DNA from: Laetmonice hystrix
Taxonomy: Eukaryota
Direction: 5' to 3'
Assembly (NCBI GenBank): GCA_965235115.1
Contig: OZ249442.1
Coordinates: 19,220,001 to 19,284,000 of the forward strand
DNA: 64,000 nucleotides
The notes beneath the pieces were generated by a model that saw only the letters and a program-made list of their open reading frames with translations, made no database searches and was not told the origin of the DNA. Both the position numbers and the translations under genes were made by a program. This document shows, in pieces, positions 37,461-64,000 of the stretch (its first letter is position 1; every line of letters begins with the position of its first letter).

Positions 37461-38540
37461 TCATAGGAAGGTATGTACAAAGTAGATGACGTTACAGGTT
37501 TTGATTTTTTTGGGGAGTGGGGTGTCCCCCCCCCCCCCGGCCAATATTATTAAAATGCATAAGGTAAGAACTCTGTCCACTGCAGCTGAAAAGCAAGGTA
37601 GTTTCTTCCCGATATTGCACTTAAAGTCTCTTTAGAGCAGCAATAAAATATGTTTTTGGGCGTGACTGAAAAGGAGCTTGGCCTTAATCGATATATCCAG
37701 ATGCATGAAATATTATGTTAATATCGTATCATAACCTAGATGTAGTTTGTGTAATTAGTTGCCAGTTGCTTCTTAATTTAGTTGTAAATATGTAGTACAG
37801 CTTCAAGTGTTGGATTTATGTTCCTCTTTAAACTGTTTTTCACTGCTCATCTGTCATTGATAGTCATTCTGAAGGTTGTGTCTTTGTAAGATCAAAGACG
37901 GAGCCTGTTTAGCTTGGAGACATGTATGAATGTCTTAAGTTGTATTATTATTATAATACGTAACCCCTTTAGTCATATGAATTGTGTGATCAGGGTCTAA
38001 ATGTAGCATTCCCATGGCTGACTGACCCTTAGCGACGCCTGGTGGAGGTTACCATGGAGACAGTCGGGTATTCTCCACCCTTGTTCCAACAAACGTGATA
38101 AAAGAAACGAGAAATTTTTTCAGAAAAAAAAAAACTGCGGACATTTTGTTTATTCGTAATCGGTGGATTAATTTAGACATTGGGCATTATTCTGTTAACA
38201 TAATTTTCCAAAGACCAGAGATAGAAATGAAGTGGGTGTCGTTAAATCTAGGTTAGCAGTCGCTTTTAGGCCAACAGGGAGAATGAGGCAGGCAGATGGA
38301 ATTGAATGATTTAGAGATAACAGATTATTATGCTTATCGTTGAACTGGACCTGTATGTCACTGGCTCCTAAATTGTGGCTAATTACAATCATAACTCATC
38401 CCTGATTATTATTATTTTATAATTTGATTTCATACAGTAGGAAGGCCTGTCACATGGTATGTCAAACAGGTGACAGAACTGTGTCACGTGGTGAGTAGAA
38501 AGCTGATGATGATGGTGCTGATTTTGATTTATTGATCATC

Positions 38541-38546
38541 AATAAA
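38541..38546 (+). terminator. Candidate poly(A) signal of the zinc-finger gene (alternative at 37642-37647)
   Basis: AATAAA followed by a TG-rich segment, at the end of an AT-rich 3' UTR-like region just before the sequence turns GC-richer. Confidence 0.35.
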
Positions 38547-39640
38547 CATTGAATCAAATATAAATCTGTGTTCAGGGGTTCATCATTTAGTTAAAGGCCT
38601 ATCCATAGACCCAGCCCAACGTGACCCAAATCTTTTAGGAAATCTCCTCCGCATAGAAGCCGAGACAAATGAAACCGAGGGAGCGACAGGTCACAACTCT
38701 ACCCTGTATGTGAGCATCGCCGGTGGCGCCACCTGTTTCCTTGAAGGTGGCGCCACACGTGACTCACGAACCGACCAAATCTGGAAAGGCACTAAGATCT
38801 AGGTCTAAATGTGCCTCGTATGAGACTGTTCTGATCGATAGGCTTATGAACTTATGCAGCCATTAAGATCTAGAATCTATACTAGATGCTCTGTTCAAAA
38901 TCATTGGAATAAACTGATTGTGAGACGGGTTATTCTCTCGGTTGGGTTGGGTGGGGCAGGGGGTGAAGGTCTTGGCCTTGGGACCGGGTTAGCGAGCGTT
39001 AGGTTTGGAGTTCTTGCCACTATGGCCTGCTGTAGCCATTAATGGCCTATTTCATCTAGATGTTGCCATGGAGGATCTATCAACATAGGCGATAGGGCAG
39101 TCTGTAATAGGAAACATGGTTAGCCTACCTTGACTGGGGTCTTGAGTTGTGGTGACAGGCCGTAAAAGCGATCTTGGTTGAATCGTTCGTCAAAAATACG
39201 TCAAAAAGTCGCGAACTGTGGGTCCTGACATCCTGGTTATGGCAGCCATTGGCCACGTGCTTCCATTTGCATGCGCTACCATGCATGCAGCACATTACAA
39301 TGACAACTTCAACGCCGGTCTAGCCCGCCACCCCAACCCCCAACAGAACTCCTCCCCCGAAGATGGCTAGGAGCCAAGGTCATGGAAGGGGCCACCTAAT
39401 GCTGATCAATGGAAAGTGAGGGTCCCTACCAAACTATCCTACATAGCCATAGGCCTAATTATTTGTGATAGGCCTCCTGAAATTGAACTAATTCAGCATC
39501 AGCGTTAAAATGATATAGCTATCTAAACTTACCGATTAAGTCCTATAATAGCAGTATGGGGTTTCCGTAGAGCCATCCTTCCACGCAGGTCAGATTACGA
39601 GTAGTCCTTGGAGTGACGGTGCAGTAGGCTTGACAAAACT

Positions 39641-39870
39641 GGCACTAGGTGGCAGTAGCCTACTATGACGTTGACCCCCTCAGGTGACGATGTGCATGTT
39701 TCCAAGGTCGCCGCTTGGGGGCCTCTATGCACATCTTGAGGACCCCTGTGCACCTACTGCAAAGCATACTTCAAAGAACACAAGGCCGAATGCGCTTGCT
39801 GGGCATGGACGCCACCTACCGGCATATAACGGAAGTTAGATTTTGTGAGCAATAGACGCCACCTGTCTGT
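39641..39870. promoter_or_regulatory. Cluster of four CTCF-like motifs
   Basis: Plus strand: GGCACTAGGTGGCAGT (39641) and CGCCGCTTGGGGGCC (39709). Minus strand: TGCCGGTAGGTGGCGTC (39808-39824) and CAGACAGGTGGCGTCT (39854-39869). All resemble the CCRCYAGRKGGCR core. Confidence 0.5.
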
Positions 39871-40212
39871 TCGAGGGGTCATTTTGTCCACAGAGATGAC
39901 ATTCTTTTAACCGAGCTTCAATATTAAACTTAACGTGAGAGAATAGAGAGATAGACCTAATATAGAGAGACTTCAGAGATGGAGGGGTTAATGTTGCGTT
40001 AAGGTACTATTGTTACCGTCATGCTCCGTTAAAGGGGGGGGGGGGGGTCATTTATAGGCCTACCGTACACTGAGAGAGTGGACATCACAGTCTATAATGC
40101 CGGGTGACTGGTACGGTACTGGCATGGGCAATCTGATATTAACTTTTACCAGCACATGGCATGCTGCTTAATTCAGAATAATTCAAGCACATACCAGCAA
40201 ACGGTTTAAAAT

Positions 40213-40251
40213 TTTATTGGGAATCAAATTAAACGCCACTTTGATTTTATT
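40213..40251 (-). terminator. Candidate poly(A) signals of WDR7
   Basis: Two minus-strand AATAAA (plus-strand TTTATT at 40213-40218 and 40246-40251), about 1.3 kb after the stop. Confidence 0.35.
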
Positions 40252-41513
40252 TCTGTATTCCAGTACGGCGCTGGGGCCCCGAATAACCTTCGGATAACAG
40301 TGTTTTTACAGATATATCATAGAACACTCATGTACATAATTCTGTACCGATATTGAAGGAATAGGCCTAGTACTCCAATCCTGCGGTATTCCAATCTATT
40401 TTCTTCCTGGAGTGGCCCCATATCTCTAGTTTATACTAATATTGCACACTTACAGGCCATTCACCTACTCTTCTCGACTCCACTTTGCATGAGGTTCACT
40501 TCAAATTAAGACAATACTTTATCCTTTGTAGTGTTTCATCTAGAATATTTGCCAATAAACATTATCTACCCACGAATCATCTACTCTAGGGACTCTAATG
40601 TACGGTAAAATTTCACAACGGTCGACTAGATTCGTATCTACGTCTGAGAGGTATTGTAGCCACATTATTAGAATTTTCCACTAAAGTTTATATAGTTTAT
40701 GTCCTCCACACATTAAAAACTAACGTGATTTCTTTGTACATTATATTTTAACGAAACACAGCTGAACGACAACAGAGGAATGTATAACAAATCAATGTTC
40801 AGCATGTTCTATTTACAATTAACGACAGTTATTCAAAAGATTCGAACCAGTCAAGACGTCGCTCAGCGATGGAGGACTTTTATACAGAAATTAAAACAAT
40901 AATGCCTGACTGATGAACAATAATGGTATACTCGAAACAATATCACTTTAACAACATCACAGATCAAGTATAACGTATGAATAGGAATGACAATGATAGA
41001 CTACTGGTACAATGTAAAGTATGCAACATCAGGGTTCTATACCTCAGCTGATAGTAATTCGTACATTACTTCTAACTCAGGCGACCAATGATTAAAATAC
41101 AGATCAACTTGACCAGGGATTTTGTGCTTCCCTTCTCTTCGGAACCTATGATTGTATATACATTCACTGTTACTCCACCTGCACTCTCCCCGCCATGCGT
41201 ACGTACTTTATGGATTAACCCCCCCCCCCCCCCCCCCCCGTTTGCTTGAATGCCATAATCTCGTAGATCCCTCTACATAAATAATATGACCGGTGCTACC
41301 ATCTATATTTCAATATGTATTCACTACTGACTACACGTCTTCTCTCGTTTGACTCCCCAACAAACTAACATGGTTTCAACGACGTGCACTAAGAGGTCAA
41401 CAGACTCTGTGACTGTGACGTAACTTAATAGGGAAATATATGTCTACCATGTTGCTACAAAGTTACACATAGACTCATAGAGGTGGGAATTCTATCGCAC
41501 GACCTCAGCCCGC

Positions 41514-60901
<19,388 letters not shown>

Positions 60902-61143
60902 GTTTCTTTTTTACTTTCAACTTTATTGGCCGGTGCTGGAATAGAAATAGGACTGTATGTTATAATAAAAAATACCATAGATTAATGGCTCCTTTGTTAC
61001 AGCAAACCCAACCTGATCTTGGCAATAATAGGCCTTTTAAAGTCTAAAAATTCTAAGCCAAGGCCCATGTATGACACATACATGTACCAATACATGTTTT
61101 TTGTTGTATAGAAATAGAAACTAGGACTCCACCATCCCTTTAA

Positions 61144-61672
61144 AGGGGCATATTATGAGGAAATGTGAAAAATCTGTATTTTAAAGAACTTTTGCTGTTT
61201 TCATAAAGAGATCCTTCATTAAAATTGTTTGGTAAACAAAGACAGACTTATCAGGTTCACTTTGCATGAGAAATCGAAGTTTATAAAGCTCCCTTGCCCG
61301 CTTCTCTGCCGATTTCGTAAAATATTTTTTTGGGTGGCATTCTGATGCCGGACGATCGAGTGCAACTGATGAATTGTTTACAACTAAGCAAAGCATGTGA
61401 CTAACCACATCCAGAGAGTGCACACACAGGATGTGACGCAGTAATCAAATACACGGGTTGATGGTAGCTTGTCTACCAAATTATGGCGGGAGATGTGCTA
61501 TCGGGAGAAATCTATAGATTTGGTCGTATAGAACCTACCTGTGCTGCATACGCAGCGAAAACACGTCGGAGGACAAAATGCTGTGGTAGGATTATTTACT
61601 TGGATCCCTAGTACACGGTCATGTTGGATAATTGCCGGAAATCCCCAAAAACGTGTTTCATAGTATGCCCCT
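61144..61672. mobile_element. Kolobok-like MITE (529 bp)
   Basis: 15-bp TIR AGGGGCATA(T/C)TATGA with one mismatch, flanked by TTAA on both sides. A purine-purine terminus with a TTAA TSD is the Kolobok pattern rather than piggyBac. Confidence 0.8.
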
Positions 61673-61747
61673 TTAACATTAAAAATAATACTGCCATTAC
61701 TGGGATATGTTCTATATGTCTGTCTTAAGCTGTCTCTTACTCTTTAT

Positions 61748-62103
61748 CAGTGGCTCCCCTAGCATAAAATAGAAGGGCGTCCCACCCTGCTGTCACTAGC
61801 CCCGGCCCTGCCTTTTTGAACTGCGCCCTGCCTCTGTCAACAGCGTCCCTCTGCCCTCCCCTCCATCAAAGACTAATGACTTTCAGGAATTGTCTCATTA
61901 CATTACACTGCCACAGAGTGACAGAACACAAGTAAAAGATGTGAAAGTGAAAGAACCTAGTCAGTGAAAGAAATTTTGAGTTATTAAAAAATTTGAATAA
62001 ATATTGAAGTTAGGTTGTGCCTTTGCCACTTGCCTCCACGCAAAATATGCCCCATCCTCGACATATGTTACCCTGCTCTTCTGAAATCCTGGGGGAGGCA
62101 CTG
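61748..62103. mobile_element. MITE (356 bp), CAGTG-type imperfect TIR, 5-bp TSD
   Basis: Ends read CAGTGGCTCCCCTAGCAT and (reverse complement) CAGTGCCTCCCCCAGGAT. TTTAT flanks both sides (61743-61747, 62104-62108). Confidence 0.6.
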
Positions 62104-62277
62104 TTTATGGTTATGTTATGAGTTACAGATCAAGTGGCAGATCAAGGATTTTGTCGTGGCCAAGGGCAAGGGGGCAAGCACCAACCTATTTTGTCAACGG
62201 AGATGCACTCACCATGGACCAGAAGAATAGAAGTATAGAAAAACATCATGGCAGACCTCGCGAGCCAGGCCCATAAC

Positions 62278-63316
62278 CAGTGTTCTCCACAAGGCTCCAA
62301 GGTCGGGCGGGCCGCCCGACCTTGGCAGCGGGCCGCCCGACCTTGGTCACGACCGCCCGACCTTGGCGGCCGACCGCCCGACCTTAAAATCCATTCCAAT
62401 CGTCTAAACTCGCTTATCCCAGTAGCAATGAATCATACTCTTACTGGGCCTTAGTCTTAAAGTCCAACTGACATCAAAATTTACATAAAATTTAGTGCCA
62501 GATCCTGATAATACATGTAATTTGTTGTTGTTTAACTTAAAGGAGCGGTTATTGTACAAGAATATGAACTGTGTGTAAGCCGTTTTAAAGACCAATTCCC
62601 CTGCTGACGTCATCAGGGGCAATGGTAAAGAATAGGCAGGAGTCAGACTGTGATGAGGCGCGAGATTCGAATTTTCAATATTTTTCTAAATTGAGAGGAC
62701 TTCTCAGAAAACCTATCAGGGATACGGGTACAACTCAAAGTGATCTATCTAGATCAGTAAAGTTACCTATGTGATGTCAGTTGCACTTTAGAGCTAGTTA
62801 AAATTAAATAACGATTTGACACAGCCAAACTACGTCACACTCGCCGTCTGACCAACCCAGGCCCCCTACATTAAGTGGAATCGCCCACCGCACAGTGACT
62901 GGGGACAGCCCATTCTATGCTGTAAGGGTTGATGAGCAGCGTAGCCGTAGCAACGACCGGATCGGCCACTGTGTTCTACCGCTGATCTATCGAGCTGGGG
63001 GCATTTGGAATCATCCTGGGCGTAAAGTGTAATAAAAATTAAGTAAAATTAGCTCTTCGTTGTGGCATACTGTTCTGGCTCAGGATTATAACCATGGTTT
63101 TCTGAACTTGGTCAGTTAAAAATAGGCGATTGGGGTGCCTTCCGAGAGCAGTCATTTTCTCTCCCAGATGCCGGGAAATCGCATCTCCGGGCTTCTACAG
63201 TTCAAAATTTTCTGGGGGAGGACCCCCAGACCCCCCCCCAACCAAACGGCGTTCGCGCCTTAGGTGCTCGTCACATCGGGCCGCCCGACCTTGGCCCGAC
63301 CCTGTGGAGAACACTG
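62278..63316. mobile_element. Non-autonomous hAT-like DNA transposon (1039 bp) with 6-bp TSD
   Basis: Perfect 14-bp TIR CAGTGTTCTCCACA. CATAAC is duplicated at 62272-62277 and 63317-63322. Subterminal (G)CCGCCCGACCTT(GG) repeats near both ends; no transposase ORF. Confidence 0.85.
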
Positions 63317-63819
63317 CATAACACCTCGATTCTATTACAAAACCAGCCGTAATATATTACAGAATTTTTTATTTGAAGGGATTTTAATAAATCTCTATTG
63401 GTTGGCCAATGACCGTAACACAAGAGTGTATAGGGGAGAGGCAACGGCTATTCTTGTTTCCGATAATCTGGGCATTTCTAGGTGGCCCTGCTATCGTCTC
63501 TGGCCACAGAAACAAAAGCTTAGCAACGCAACGCAACTAAATATAGGTGCTACTGGCTTGGGTTTGGTCATCACACTGTCCTATAATGAAACTGTCACGG
63601 GGAGCAACGCTTCTTGATACCCTTGTTAAGTTGTTTGCACCGGTCGTCAGGCTACTTAGGACTGGAAGAACTGACCTCGGAAACGAGAATATCCATCCCA
63701 AACTCACCAGGGGCAGATCTAGGGTCTATATTCAGGGGGGTTCTAGGGGGGTCCAGCATAAAAAGGGCAAATCGAGGGGGGGTCCGTTGTCAAAACAATA
63801 AGGCATTCTGGTTATAGCG

Positions 63820-64000
63820 AGTCCAGCGAGCCGCGCAGCGAGCCGCGCAGCGGCTCGCGAAGCGAGCTCTATGACAACACGTGTGAAAGGGTAGCCAAGG
63901 TGACACATACCGTCTCACCAAAAAATTTCGTCACGTAAAACCGGAACCGGAAAAACCATGGTGCAAATCCATGGAGAAATCCATGGAGGCTCATGTGACC
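63820..64000 (-). promoter_or_regulatory. Probable WDR7 promoter-proximal region / non-coding first exon
   Basis: CpG-rich, with a GCAGCGAGCCGC tandem, CACGTG (63878-63883) and tandem ETS-like CCGGAACCGGAA (63941-63952). Minus-strand donor gacg|gtatgt at 63911/63910. Confidence 0.4.

Overview
Eukaryotic (bilaterian invertebrate, inferred) genomic DNA with two convergent protein-coding genes. (1) Plus strand, 27497-33721: an uninterrupted 2074-aa ORF for a large multi-cluster C2H2 zinc-finger protein. I count about 31 fingers, plus CtBP-type PxDLS motifs and a 15-Ala tract. Upstream lie about 27 kb in which I found no credible CDS; downstream is a long AT-rich 3' UTR with a probable intron. 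(2) Minus strand, 60901-41514: WDR7 (Rabconnectin-3 beta). I reconstructed 26 GT-AG coding exons by hand; all phases agree, giving 4308 nt / 1435 aa. The most interesting signals are in the WDR7 introns: four frame-preserving candidate micro/mini-exons (27, 33, 33/39 and 54 nt) and a diverged duplicate of the 3' half of exon 19 with its own donor. Also present: a cluster of CTCF-like motifs between the two 3' ends, three non-autonomous DNA transposons with 4-, 5- and 6-bp TSDs in the WDR7 5' intron, and several tandem repeats. No tRNA, rRNA, CRISPR array or autonomous transposon ORF was recognised. All homology statements are from memory of the families, not from database searches.
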